A stretch of DNA of 64,000 nt from Octopus sinensis (lineage: Eukaryota), in the NCBI RefSeq assembly GCF_006345805.1, contig NC_043003.1, positions 26,040,001 through 26,104,000 of the forward strand. The letters are read 5' to 3'. Positions 11,253-26,200 of this stretch are shown one piece after another (the stretch's first letter is position 1; each line of letters begins with the position of its first letter). A program made the position numbers and the translations under genes. The notes beneath the pieces were generated by a model. The model was not told the DNA's origin and searched no databases. It worked only from the letters and a program-made list of their open reading frames with translations.

Positions 11253-12880
11253 CTTGCTTAAAAATAGATTTTTTGCTCATTTGATTCGCAGAAAGCATTG
11301 AGACAGATCGATGTTTTTCTGAGTCTTTTCTCAGCACTATTATTGATAGGGTGTAAAGCAATGTGGAATGGAATGGCTATCACCAGGAACCAAATCAAAC
11401 CTGGTCACAAGAAGCCCTACATTGCTCACCAATAAAAATATAGCTTCATATACTAGCACAAGGCCAGTAATTTTAGGGGTAGGGGTAGGTGATGGTTGTT
11501 TATATTGAATCCAGTTCCAGACTGGCACTTATTTTATTGGGTATTTCGTCTGTCTTGTACCAGTTGCATCCTGGGGTTGATCTAATCAACTGGCCCCTTC
11601 CCCCAAAATTTCAGGCCTTGTGCCAAGAGTAGAAAAGGTACTTATTTTATTGAATCACAGAGGGATGAAAGGCAAGCTTGATCCCAGAACTATTTGAACT
11701 CAGAACAACGAATTGGAAGAAATGCCCTGCCAAATCACAGCCTTATAAAAATTATAATTCTTTCTTATTCTGGCACAAGGCCAGCAAGTTTAAGGGGAAA
11801 GAATAAGTTGATTATATTGATTCCAGTATTTGGCTGGTACTATATCTTATCAAACCTGAAAGGATGTAAAGCAAAGTAGACATTGGCAGGATTTGAACTC
11901 AGAAAATTGGGTCAGAAGAAATACTGCTAAGCATTTTCTCAGATACTCTAACAATCCTGCCAATTTGCAGCCTTAACAACAATAATGGTTTCTGATTCAG
12001 ATAAAAGGCCACTAAATTTTGACAGGAGGTGGTTAGTCGGTATCATTAAGTCTAATACTTGACTGGCACATTATTTTCTCAACCCCAGAAGAATGACAGA
12101 TAAAGTCGACTCGGGGAACTGAACTCAGAATATAAAGAGTTGGAAAAAAATACCACAATGCATTTTTACTGATGCTCTAATGATTCTGCCAGCTTGTGAG
12201 CCTAATAAATAATAAAAATAATAGAGGATTAGTTGTTTACATCAATCCCACTCAATAACTTGACTGATTCTTTTTTATTAACCCCGCAAAAGACGAAAAA
12301 TAATTTGTTGACCCCAGCAGAATTTGAACTTAGAATGTAAAGATGGATGAAATGCTTAGCATTTTGTCTGGCGTGCTAATAATTCCACCAGGTTGCTGCC
12401 TTACCTTGATATAATAATAATAATAAACCTTTTTACTATTAGCACAAGGCCTGAAATTTGGGGGAAGGGATAGCTGATTACATCAATGCCAGGGTTCCAC
12501 TGGTACTTATTTTATCGACTCCAAAAAGATGAAAGGCAAAATTGATCTCGGCGGCATTTGAACACAGAATGTGAAAGATGGATGAAATTCTGCTGAGCAT
12601 TTCACCCGGCACGATAATGATTCTACCAGTTTGTTGTCTTAATAATAATAATAATAATATTAATAGTAGTAGTTTCTAATTTTGGCACAAGGCCAGCAAC
12701 TTTAGTTAGATGGGGTGAGTTGATTACATTAATCTCAGTAGTTAGTACTTGACTGGTTCTTCATTTTATTGACTCCCATCAGTGGGATATGAACTCAGAA
12801 TCTAAAAATTAAGAAGAGATGCTGCTAAGCGTTTTGTCTGGCATATTTACGATTCTGCCAGCATGTTGCCCTTATAATAA
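10990..12880 (-). mobile_element. Train of about 7 head-to-tail SINE A copies separated by (AAT)n, plus one inverted piece
   Basis: Repeated gcacaaggcc...actggtacttattttatc...gaaaggatgaaaggcaaagt...atttgaactcagaa...ctaagcatttt...ctgccagc...cttaataataat modules. Confidence 0.85.
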
Positions 12881-13580
12881 TAATAATAATCATAAATGTA
12901 TTAGTGCACATAAGCCTTAATAATAAACTGATTAAACTGAAAAGAAGACACGAAGATCAATACAAAAGGTGATTAATCTGGATGGTTGGTGTGTATGTAT
13001 ATATATATATATTTTCTTTCGGTGCAAATGTTTTTATATATATATATACACACACACTCATATATTTAGACTCTTTTACTTGTTTCAGTCATTGGAGTGT
13101 GGCCATGCTGGAACACTGCCTTGATATATATATAAATATAAAATATTAAATAGAAGCAAACATCTATTACATATCTAGTTAGTAGAGTCAAATTAATCCA
13201 AACAGCAAAACAAACTGCATGTTTAAATATCACAAACGCATATGTATACATATATGCATATATGTAAATCCTCACATGCACACATCAATATATGTAGACA
13301 CATATGCATACATATACCAATACACACACACACCACACACATATAATGCATATATATACATATAAAAATTATCTAACAATGTTAACTTCTAATTATTAAC
13401 AATTAGCAAATTAGTGGTTATAAATGTATATCTGTATAGTTAAGCACACCCCAGAGATGCATGCTTTTATCAAGTAGAACAACCTATCAAGGCATTTCAT
13501 AGAAAACATTAACAAATTCCATAGAAAGTTATCAGAAAATACCCTGACTGAAACCTTGGTCCTGGAAACGAAGTTCTTAC

Positions 13581-13682
13581 CTTCTCTTCGTCGATTTTAA
13601 TACCACTCCAGAAGGATCTTCATTGGCTAGTTCTTTTTCTTGGACTTCTTCGCGGAGTGTTTTTAGTAAAGTACGTCGGATA
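13581..13682 (-). CDS. ATP8A1: ATP8A exon t (102 nt, phase 2-2), start of cytosolic tail
   Basis: cactag|(V)[33 protein letters not shown](R/S)|gtaaga; matches the KRT.FKTL..EVQE.E...DP..VVL pattern. Confidence 0.94.
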
Positions 13683-13861
13683 CTAGTGTATAAAGAGATG
13701 GAGAAGAGATTAAAAAATGTATATGTTATTATTTTTCTGTTTACATAAAAGAACAATTGTATATTCTCATGTCATTTCAATGTCTACAGCTGAGACTTTC
13801 AAACAAATAACTGTAAATTTAGCTACATTATACATATTTCAGGTATTCTGAATTATACTGT

Positions 13862-13903
<42 letters not shown>

Positions 13904-14183
13904 TTAGAGATAAAACCACTATTATGCAGTTCAAACAGTGATAAACATAAACCAAAACATAAATAACAAATAAAATATATTTTTATAAAACATATAACTA
14001 GATCACGTTTTATAAAAAATATATTTTATTTGTTATTTATGTTTTGGTTTATGTCTATCACTGTTTGAATTGCATAATAGTGGTTTTATCTCTAATTTAT
14101 ATTTTATATATTTATATTGTGAAATTTGATTTAATACTAAATTGAATTTTTCCCAGTAAGTTTGGAGTTATACTCCCTAATAT

Positions 14184-14215
<32 letters not shown>

Positions 14216-17200
14216 ATATTATATATATATATATATATGAGTGAACAAGCAAAAGAAAGTAGCACACAACATATTTGTTTGTTTACATATATTCAATAAC
14301 AGTTTGATTCAGCTATACATGATAAAGCTTTGTGGGAATGTAGGACAAGTTCATATCTGATGTTTGGAGGCAGAATGTTGGATTGTCTTTCCATTACCAG
14401 TTGTTTATTAGCTGTCTCTAAGGTGGTGCTCAATAGTGTTTAGAGCACTAATATCAGTAAGTGAACAAACAAAAGAAAGAAGCACTCAGTACATATGGTT
14501 GGAGTTACATCTATGTACACACACAATACAGTTGGGTGCTGACCGGAAGAAGTACTCAATATGAATGTAGAGCAGTGGTTAGCAAACATTTTTTTTACCT
14601 AAGGACCTCTTTCATTACTATTTTATTCTGATTATCCAATTATCTGAGAATAAAGAACCTTTCTTAATGAATAAAGTATTTGGAATGCAACCATACTGGG
14701 GCACAGGCTCCAAGAGTTTAGTTAAATGTATTGATTTTACTTGATATTTATTTTACTGATTTTATAAAAGTGAATTGGTCATAAATGCTCGCCTAGGTCA
14801 AATGTTCTGTGGCCAGGTTTCCACTCCTGTCACCAATCCTCACCTGTGTCCAAGCAAGGTAATAAATCCGAAAAGCCAGACATGTTAGTGCCATACATTT
14901 CCAAATCTCATGCTATGTGAAGACAAGGAGACAGACAGACATCATATATATATATAAAATACAGGATTCTTTCAGTTTCCATTTACCAAATCCACTCATA
15001 AGGTTTTGGCTGGCCTGGGCTAAAATAGATGTGAATCCAAGGGGCCATGCAATGGGACTAAACCCAAAAGTATGGAGTTGGGAAGCTATCTTCTTAACGA
15101 CACAGGCAGGTTTGCACCTAAATATATTTTTTGTTCACACAGTCCTTCTATAATCTAACACACAAATGGCAGATTACCACATTGCTTCTGCCCAGCAAAT
15201 TTAACCCAGAAAGTAATGGTTGACCCAGAATATATCTGAAGACACTTGCCCAAAGTGCCACACAGAGGTATTATGCCTGGAACCATGAGGTTCTAAGCAA
15301 ACTTCTTTGCTACACATTAAATAAAGATGTCTGCTTAAATTAAGGGTGTGACCAAACTAAGGTGGGTCTGGTTTAGTGTAGTTTATATTCACTTGAAGGA
15401 GAAATTGAAGAGAACATAGGTTGTGAGAAATGAGGGTGATAATGAAGATGTGATGATGAGAGTATATAAAAAAAAAAAAAACTGATGTTGGCTGGCCTGG
15501 TACTTACACTTTCCACATGACATCCCGCAAAAGAGCTGCGGTCGGAATTAATAATAAGCCTGCCCAGAATATTAAACACCCAAATACATGGCTATCCTGT
15601 AAAATAAAAAAAAACATGAATAAGAAATACAATATTGTATAAAGAAGAAAACAGATTTAGAGACAAATTATTCATACATGCTATTCTCTAGCCTGGGCCA
15701 TGGATCATTTGTCACTGGGCCACACTGAGAGAATAAATTTTAAAATTTTACTTGTTTTATTGACTATTGCAGTTTGCAGCAGGTTTTAGCATAATCATCA
15801 TCATCATCACTATCATTTAACATTCGTTATCTATGCTGGCATGGGTTGGATGGTAATCTGAGGAACTGCACCAGACTTCAGTCAGATTTAGCATGGTGTC
15901 TATGGCTGGATGCCCTTCCTAACGTCAACCACTCCAAGAGTGCAATGGGTGCCTTTATGTACCACCGGCACAGGTGCCAGTTGCATGACACCAGTATCTG
16001 CCACAACTATGATTTCACTTGGCTTGATGGGTCTTCTCAAGCATGGCATATTGCCAAAGGTCTCGGTCATTTGTCATTGCCTCTGTGAGGCTCAATGTTT
16101 GAATGGTGCTTGTTATGTGCCAGTCACACAACACTGGCATTGGCCACATTGCTTTCGTGAGACGCAACACTCAACAGGTGCTTTTTATGTGCCAGTTGCC
16201 TCCATGAGGTCCAATGCTTGAAAGGTGCTTTTTACATGTCACTGGCACAAGTGCCAGTTATGTGACATCGGCATTGGCCACATTGCCTCTGCGAGGCCCT
16301 ATGCTTGACAGGTGTTTATACGTAATAATTGAATTATATATTATGCACTTCATTGTAAAGTGGTTGGCATTTGGAAAGGCATCATGTCAAAGCAGACAGC
16401 AGAGTATGGTGCAGTCCTCTGACACGCCAGTTTCTGTCAGTCTGTTCATCCAATTTCAGCATGGAAAACAGACATTTAAACAGTGATGATGATGACTGTT
16501 TTGTTATGCACATGAACCCTTGGTCTGTAGAAAAATTGCTTTCCATAAAATCAGTCTGTGGGGCAAAAAATATTGTGGACTGCTTCTCCAGACAATTCTA
16601 TTTTCCTCATTAATCTATATATATATATATATATATTTACTTAGGGACCTGTTTCATCACTACTTCGATAAGTATGGTGACTGATGAAGTTAGTTTAAAA
16701 TAAAAACCCTGGTGAAATTATCTCCTGCACTTGCCAAAACAATGAAAAAAAAACAATATTAGTCCTTGACTAATATTCTTTTTTTTTATCTGTTGCCACA
16801 TAATTACATTAACACTTACTTTATGTTTACTTGTTTCAGTCATTGAACTGCAGTCATGCTGGGGTTTAGTCAAACAAACCAACTCCAGAACTTATTTTTT
16901 AAACCTGGTACTTATTCTATCAGTTGCTTCTGCCAAACTGCTAAGCCACAGACTAATGGAAATGAATGACACTGCTTGTATGACAGCAAGACTCATTTAC
17001 ATCTATCACATGATACTGAGATAAGGAGAGACATGCACATTTATGCAAAAATGGGATTCTTTAAGTTTCTACTCATTAAATCCACTCACAAGGTTGGTAC
17101 TTGCTTAAGTGCTCTGCAGTGAGATTGAACTGAAATCATGTAATTGGAAAGCAAACTCCTTAACCACAAAGCCACATACATGTGCATGCACACACACACA

Positions 17201-20200
17201 CACACACACATATATATACGGAGAGAGAGAGAGATACAATGTCAAAATAAAAAGGGATGGTATTAAACAAAACAATTGAATGTGTGAGTGTGTGTATGCA
17301 AAATTATGTTTAGTAATAGTACAGAAATTGATGCAAGAGTAATATGAAGTCAACATACCATGCCCACCATCTCTGGTGCAAGATTGATGACAGGCCACAC
17401 ATGGCTATAAATAATTAGAAACATGAACCAACTGACAATGCTGCCCCATATTGCAAGGTGTGTCAACTGCAAAGAAGAAAGGACAATCATAACAAAGGAG
17501 TTCAACAAGTAATTCAGCAAAAATTGTCACTAAATGGATTACAATAAACCAACCAAAACACTTTAATAAAATATTTTCTAAAATCATTATAAAAATTTAA
17601 TTATAAAAATTATTTTTTGTGTGTGTGTGAATTTTCATGGCTTAGTCAGGATGGGGTGTAAGGGTAGTACTTTTGGAGTCTGTCACTGCATCTTGCTAGG
17701 AATGGTCAGATGGACAGGTGTCACTGGTCTTCATTCAACCATTAATTGCTCACTTGATGGCTTCTAGCTTCATTCCCCAGTAGGTGAAAAACTCTGTGTA
17801 AGGCTTCCCAAGAAGTCACTAGCTAGGGTAGAGGAAGCTGCTCAGGTCAATGGCCTAGAGTTCAGACTCAAGGCATGTCTCAGGTACAGGCAGATGGTTG
17901 TGGATAACAGCTTGGAGATGAATGGACACTGTCAAGCTTACTTGCCCATGATATATTCATGATGATGACAACCAAACCAGAACCCATACTGCATTGGTCA
18001 TTGCCTGGGTTAATATCAAAGAGTGGAAAGGCCTCAAGTTCAATGAGTCATGGAGGGGAGCAGAAGACAAAAAAAAAATCTTGCTGTGGTGTTGTCAACA
18101 AATGCCCCAATGACCACATGGTCAAGGGATAGGAAGAAAGGAAGTTAGAGGATGAAAGAGTAGAACCAATAATGTTTTCATAAAGCTATCAACACTGATG
18201 TTGAAGAAAGGTAAAAAATAAACCACAACTCGTGGGTTATGCTTAAAGTAGAGACCTGGTTCTAATGCATGCAATAATAGGGTGGATTCTGCTAAAGCTA
18301 TCCAAGAACCAGATGGTAGTGTTAACTCTTTTGATACGAACCTGCCTGAGAACATCTTTGGCTTTGTGATATAAACTTTAAAGTGATCTAAATTAAAACC
18401 TTCCATCAAACTTTCACGTTTGTTTATTTTCCAAATACCAGCTTGATAATGGAGAAATTATTTTACTAAATTCTTCATTATTTTCAAAAGTAACTGGAAC
18501 AAGGGTAGGGTATTTCAACAGAAATATGGTAACAAAAGTGTTACACAGATGGGCTAGTCTGTTACCCAAGAATGGGAGCAGGTCACTCAATGAGTTTTCT
18601 GTATGGATTTTATCTAATCATTTCACTTTATTTTCATCTATGTTCAGAAATTCCATCCACTCTTATTAAACTCCAGAGACTGACTACATGTGTCTAATAA
18701 TACACTTCAGCCAATCTTTTGTTTATATTCCTTTTTAACACTACATTTGTCCACAATACTTTAACAGTAGTTAATTTTTTGACTTTGAGCTCTTGTGTAT
18801 CATTTCATTAAACCAAAAGATACTTTTATATTCTAGCACCTAACATATCCCACAACTACTTGCCTGGCTTTGCCCTTTCAATTACATTTTAAATTTGCAA
18901 TATATTTATCTTTTATATTGACTGCTTGAGCACCTCAATGCAAGCATTCACCCTGCAAGTAATAGTAGTCACCTGATCTGAAGATAAAACTACTATGGAT
19001 AATCCACTGTAGCATTTCTTTTGTATTTCTACCACCTTAAGTTGGCCAGTGGAGGAATTTCTACATGCTTGCTCGACACACAAAAAATAGAAGCCAAGTC
19101 TCCCTCAGATAACATCACTTATTTCTTTATTGCCCACAAGTGGCTAAACATAGAGGGGACAAACAAGGACAGACAAAGGGATTAAGTCAATTACATCGAC
19201 CCCCAATGTGTAACTGATAATTAATTTATCAACCCCGAAAGGATGAAAGGCAAAGTTGACCTCGGCGGAATTTGGACTCAAAACATAGTGGCAGATGAAA
19301 TACCTATTTCTTTACTACCCACAAGGGGCTAAACACAGAGAGGTCAAACAAATGGATTAAGTCGATTATATCGACCCCTGTGCCTAACTAGTACTTATTT
19401 AATTGACTCCGAAAGGATGAAAGGCAAAGTCGACCTTGGCGGAATTTGAACTCAGAACGTAACTGCAGACGAAATACCACTAAGCATTTCGCCCGGCATG
19501 CTAACGTTTTTGCCAGCTCACCGCCTTCAGATAACATCACTTATAACCCGAAAAACACTGGATGGTTATGACTGGAGTACCTTTCATTAGAGTTGACTTT
19601 GAGGTTAGGCAATAACTAATTCATGGTATCAAAAATTACATTGACCAGATGAAAAAAAAAATGAAAAAAAAAGATTCAACTTACCCAAGTCCACGCACTT
19701 GTTTCCAAACCTGCTTTAAGACATACTGTAACAACAACATACTGAAATAAAGAAAAGAAACAACAACAAAATTATAAATATGAAGTAATAAAAAATAAAA
19801 GCAAAAAAAAAAACTGAAGAATATATATATTGATAAAGATAATGCTTAAAAAAAAAATTATTGGAAACAATGTTTTAGCTTATTCTCCAGTGATTATTGA
19901 TACCAGAACAGGCATTTTCACCCTCGTTAAATAATGATTTTGTTGAACAAGCCAAAAGTTTTGTTATATATGAGGTTTAGCTATATTTCATCTAATTAGA
20001 TTACATAATGGACATGATTATTTTATTGTTTTCATCCATGTCTGCATACAAGAGGTTTGCCACAATAAAAGCACCCAGTACACTCTGTAAAGTGGTTGGT
20101 GTTAAGAAGGGCATCTAGCTATAGAAACCATGCCAAAGCAGACACTGGAGCATGATGCAGTCTTCAAACCTGTTGGATCCTGTCAAACCATCCAACTCAC

Positions 20201-23200
20201 GCCAGCATGGAACATGATTGTTAAATGATGGTGATAATGATATAGGTATCTTCATACGAAGTGCAATTAGTTCTGGTTAACTTACCGTATATACAAAGTT
20301 TCCAAGGAGAAGATAGTTACCAACTTCTCCATTTGAATAAAGAATATCTGAAATAAAACAAACAGTCAGTATTAATTTTAGATTTAAAAATTAACAAAAC
20401 AGGTGAATTTTACATAAGACATTCTTTTATTTGTTTCAGTTATTTGCCTGCGGCCATGCTGGAGTACCACCTTTAGTTGAACAAATCGACCTCAGGACTT
20501 ATTCTTTGTAAGCCTAGTACTTATTCTATCAGCCTCTTTTGCCGAACAGCTAAGTTATGGGAATGTAAACACACCAACATTGGTTGTCAAGCAATAGTGG
20601 GGGGACAAACACAAATACACATATATGATGAGCTTATTTCAGTTTCCGTCTACCAAATCCACTTATAAAGCTTTGGTCAGCCTGAGGCTAGAGTAGAAGA
20701 CACTTGTCCAAGATACCATGCAGTGAGACTGAACCCGGAACCATGTGGTTGGTAAGCAAGCTACTTACCACACAGCCACTCCTATACAAAATATTTCAAT
20801 TTTTTTTGTATGTATATTATTTGGCAGAGTTGCTTGAGCGTTTCCAGCTCTTAACATTCTGACTTCACATCCTATCAAATTAAACTTTACCTATTATCCC
20901 TCCAAAGTTGATAAAATTAAGTACTGGTCAAGTGGCAGGGTTGGTGGTTATGTTCTGATATGATTAATTCCTTCAAAATTATTATTACTATTATCATTAT
21001 TAGTATTATAATTAAGGTGGCAATTTGGCAGGATTGTTAACGCATCAGACCACATGCTTAGTAGCAGTTCTACTGGCTCTTTACCTCCTGAGCTCAAATT
21101 ATGCTGACATCAACTTGGGGTTAATAATATGAAGTGCCTGTTGGGTCCTGGAGTTGATGCAATCAACTTGTCCCACCAATCCTTGAGTCAAAATTAGAAC
21201 TATTATCACTATTATAAAAAGGGAAGTGGGATGGATGGCAGAATTGACAGAGCACTGAACAAAATGACATGAAATATTTAGTTATGTTTCTATAAATGAA
21301 AGCATCAGTCAAGTGCTGCAGTTGGTATATTTTACAGTCCCGTTAGTCTCCACATAGTTAAAAAAAAAAAAATCAAACAAACAAATCCTATGCCCAAAGG
21401 CAGGAAAGTCTTAAACATGGTGGCTAAAGCAAGCTAAAGAGCAAAAGAATATGTCAATGTTACAATCCATTATGATTTTTATCCTCACATTAATTATCTA
21501 ATTAAAACCAAATAGCTAAGTGATTTTCTTAAATATTTTGCCCAACAGGGAACTGGAACAAGATCTTAAATATAGAGAATGGACAATCACAGACTAGTCA
21601 GTGCTTCAGTATTATCATTTGCCAATTATAGAGTGGGATAATTACTTACCATGTTTAAGAGCAAGAACTGTTAACCAAAACAGCAAAATAGAATGATAAA
21701 TAGAGTTGATGAGCCACATCCAGAATACCTGAAACAAAAGAAAGTGGATTGAAATAATGTGATTGATAAAACTGTAGCAGGGTGGAAATAGAGAATAATA
21801 AACTAAAAGTTAATAAATTCCTATTGTTGTTTCTTAGGTTCATGTTCCAGATCTAGAACAATCCTCTGATTGAAGACGTTCAAGCTGTGATCAACTGTGT
21901 AAGTTTTGGGTTTTTTTTTCTCCTTCAGACAATGTGATTCCTGGAGTACTTCATCTAGTGTAGCCTTTCTTTCTAAGATTGCAAAGTTTGATTTTCAGCA
22001 GACTTAGCTGTTGTTACTGTAAGTCAAGTGACTTAAATTTAAAGGAGAAATGCTTCCTGGCAAAAAGCTGGCTACTAACATATTTTATTAGATAACTATT
22101 CCAGTGGGTCACAAATTCAAAGTCTGGCCACTTAAAATAAAGAATTCAAAGTTAAACCCAAAAGTGAATAAAGCATTTGATTCATAATAATTCATCAAAA
22201 TATATTAAGCCAAACTAATAATTATGAATTAAATATCCATTAGATATCTGCTATGGATTTCTGTCCCAATAGAGTAGATATGGAACCAAAATCAGTAGGC
22301 TTTCCTGAAATCCCTTCACTTGAGCAATTGTAGTTACACACATACATGCAAATTCCCTACTGTCTTTAAAATGGCCAGTACCAGCATGGCTTGCAATAAA
22401 AATGGAATGTCTGTAGCTAGAAACACTGATCAGATGAATTCATTTAATCGTTCCTTGCAGGTCTTGGTCAAGCATACAGGAACTGATTGTAATTATCAAT
22501 GACTAGGACGACAAAAGTCTGATTGCTTTTGGAGCAGGGTTTTACCAGAAATTATACAAAAAGTACCCTAATGAATGGCTACTGAACCTTGGTGCTAGCT
22601 TGGCTCATGCCACAACTACTCAGGTATTCCTGACCCACTTGTCCTTCACTTTCATCAATCTTGTTGTATCCACTTCCACTCCCACCACACTAATTCACTA
22701 TGCCTTTCCCAGAATGTTGGCCCTCTGGAATTCCTTCCTTCCTTAGGTTCTTCCCACAAGTGTTAACTTGCAAAGGTTCACAAGGAGCTTTTAAGGTATC
22801 AATCTCAGAGGTCAACGAGAGCCTGCAAAGACCACAGGTACTTTCTATTCCATGACCTGACAAGTAGAAAACAAAAAAGAATCCGACCTTTTACAACAAC
22901 AGCCTTTACTTTAGGCTAAACTATGTACCAGAGAGAGTAAAAGGTGTAGTTTATTGCTGTAGGCAGTTAGGACACTGTTTTATAATCAAAGCGTGATTGT
23001 AATATTGTTATGTAGTGATTTCAGGTATATTCTTGGGTGCTTAACAAGATGAACAACATCAACAAGAAGGGTGAAGACGGTATCAACACAAACACTTACC
23101 TTGATGTTAAAAAGTTCTCCACTCTGCGAAGTTTTATACAATGCTGGAAACCGAAGCATGCTTTCTTCATTGCACGTTCGGTCAAACAAACCTAAGACAA

Positions 23201-26200
23201 GGGGTGGAGATGCAGTAAATATCTGAAAGAATAGAGCAGGGCCAGATTAGAACAAGCTTCATGTAAAGATAGGGAAGAATGATCGGGGGAGGGAGACTAC
23301 ATATCTTAAAGTTGATATCAGTATCACCATTTAGACTATAACTTGTCCTGAAGTAGAGAAACTACATGATAGATGAAACCGAGACCAGATTACAATACAA
23401 CAGTTGAGGCCATAACAAGTTAACTTAATAATCTCTTGGCTGTTGGTGATGGGTGGTTCATTAAATTTCAACTGAAGTAAATCAAGAAGTTATACTGGTG
23501 GGGTGTGCTGTGGTTAATTTCTCCAGTTCCATGGGAAGATTTGGGTTAACAAAATATTTGCTTTCACTACCTACTGTAGTGAACAGCATCACCTCACCAT
23601 ATCTATTTGGATTTCAGTAGATCAAGACATTGAGACTAAGTATGATATGATTTAAAACACAAATACTTCAGTGTGTACGTTGGTATCAGATCACTTTGGA
23701 ATGTTGTGACACTACAATCGAGATATTAGGAGTAATTGATGAGGTTTCAAAACAATTAAGTTAGTTACACCATCATCAGTACCCATGATCTTTGTAGAAC
23801 TTCCAAGACAGGTGGTGGAGAAGGGATGAAAAAACAACACCCCTGGTTTGCTGTTAATCACTATTTAAAAAAGGCAAAGACCTCCTTCAATCATGAATGA
23901 CCATGGGATTGCACCAAGAAGGTTACCTTCCAAGGCACAAATCTGGGCAAGGTTGTTTTATGGAAGACCAGCAGTCACCCAAGTATACCAGATTCCCCTC
24001 TCCTCACCAGTGATGTTATCCAAGAGAAAGGCAAAGGCTAATACCAGTGGCATTGCAATTCATTTCTTCAACTGAGTGAACTGGAGCAACATAAAATAAA
24101 ATGCCTTGCTCAAGAACACAACACACAGCCTAGTACAGGAATCAAACTCACTACCTCATGCGTCATGCCCCAGAATGGCCACAACCTACTGGGTGGAGTC
24201 AGTACAAGATAAGTTTGTTAAACTACTGTCAATGTTAACAGCATTTGTTTTTATAATATAATGTATGATAGAATAAACCCACAGATTTCAGTGAATACCG
24301 CAAATGTAAATTGATAAAATTTAATTAAATACAGCTCATCACTAGCAACTGATTATACAACATAACTGTATACAGGAAATAAAGAACCAACTGGACTAGT
24401 TTCAGTCATTACTGAGATCTCACCAGTAACCAACAACCCTTCTCCAACTGCTCATAGTGATATTCTATAACTGCCATTGTTAAAGGATTTATTAAATCTG
24501 ATACACTAATTTGCATAAATGGCTATAAGTACAGTTTTACTATGAATAGTTAGAGAAGGGTGCTCAGTTGCTGATGATATCTCAGTAAAGATTGAAACAG
24601 GTCTTGCTATTTCCACTTTATAGAGATACATGTTAATGCAACAAGTAAAAGGCTTTAAAAGATGTAACAGAGAGATAACAGCAGAGAAGGAGGGAACGAG
24701 AACAGGCAAGCTGCAAAGGAGAAGAACATTTGAGAAATTCTACAAAAGGAATGGGATTAAAGCAAGTGTTAGCAATAAAAATACCAAATTAACTGTCAAA
24801 AGTTTTTGACAATTAATTAACAAGCCATGCTAGTAATTTTAACAGAATTAATTTAGTTTGTCATTTAAAGAACAACCAGTTAACAATAGGCAAACAAGTA
24901 AACATTGAGTTAAGTTAAATTCTTCAAATATCAGGAACCTTCAGCTGGACCTTTCTCAAGAAATAGAAATTCTATTTTTCTATGCTAAACCACTAGAAAA
25001 TATTCAATATTTACTTAGTAATCCCACCCTTCACCACTTTTGCATTCTCTATGAAATATTTGCTTAACTGATGAGGTCATAATAAAACTGAAACATTCCC
25101 AAAGTTACCTCTCATACTTTCTGAAATATTTACAAATAATATTATCCTCAACACAAATGTTTCTAGTTAACTTTGAAGTGCTTTGTGTACTAATTCTTTC
25201 ATTACCATATTTCTGTTTAAATATACTGCCATTATTTCATTTAATATTGAAAATAACAAAGAACTTATTTAAATAACTGTGTCATTATTATACTGGTGTT
25301 TGGAAAATAAACTATCAAAATTTTGATGGAAGGTTTTAATTTTAATCACTTTAAAACAAAAAAGTCTGTATCATAGAACCAAGGGCAGTTTCAGGCGGAA
25401 TGGTCTCAAATTGATTTTTAAAATGTTAACACTGAATTAATTATATTTTTTAATTTTAAAAATGGTATCTCTAAGATATTAGATAACTGATTTGAACATC
25501 AACAGTACAATCCTTGCCATAGATCAGATTGTTAAAAAAAATTATTAAACCATTTTTTGCAAAATTTTAATTTTGTTTATGAATTCTTCAGGATACTTCC
25601 AGTTTACGTCATCAACATTCTCCAGCAGCTCATAGTCAAGCTTCTTTCCTATATTATTATTATAATTATTAATATTATTATTATAATTTGCATGCCCCTT
25701 TTAATTCCTCCACCTCATTCTCAGTCCCTTCACTGCCACCTTAAAAGTACTTAGATGAAAGAGTAGATAGTTTTGAAGGTCCAGCATTTGAACAGGTCCT
25801 GTAATCCACTGTGAAAACTCATCGCATCATTCATGCAATACAAAACAGCATTAAGTGTATACGACAACCATTACAACAAAAACAACAACAATTAAAATGA
25901 CAAAGATGATAATGATGACGATAAATACAAGTTAAAATATCTTTAAGTTTGGCAAACGAACATTGAGAGACTGCGATTTCTGTTTATGTATCAAGAGTAT
26001 TTAGCAAAGCAAAAATAATTGTAATTGAATTAACATGAGGCAGCCATATTATCTATCTCTGATTAAAAGAAACAACAAAAAACATCTAAAATGAAACAGC
26101 AATGTACCTATTACATGATCATCACAATCATCATCATTATCATCATCCTCATTATTTTTCAGCTTGTCAAAAGTAACAGATAAGCAGCTATTGGAATTAT

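Noticed and set aside
14574-14800. hAT/Charlie-like MITE (cagtggttagcaaacatttttt start)
   Set aside because: No matching right TIR or 8-bp TSD found.
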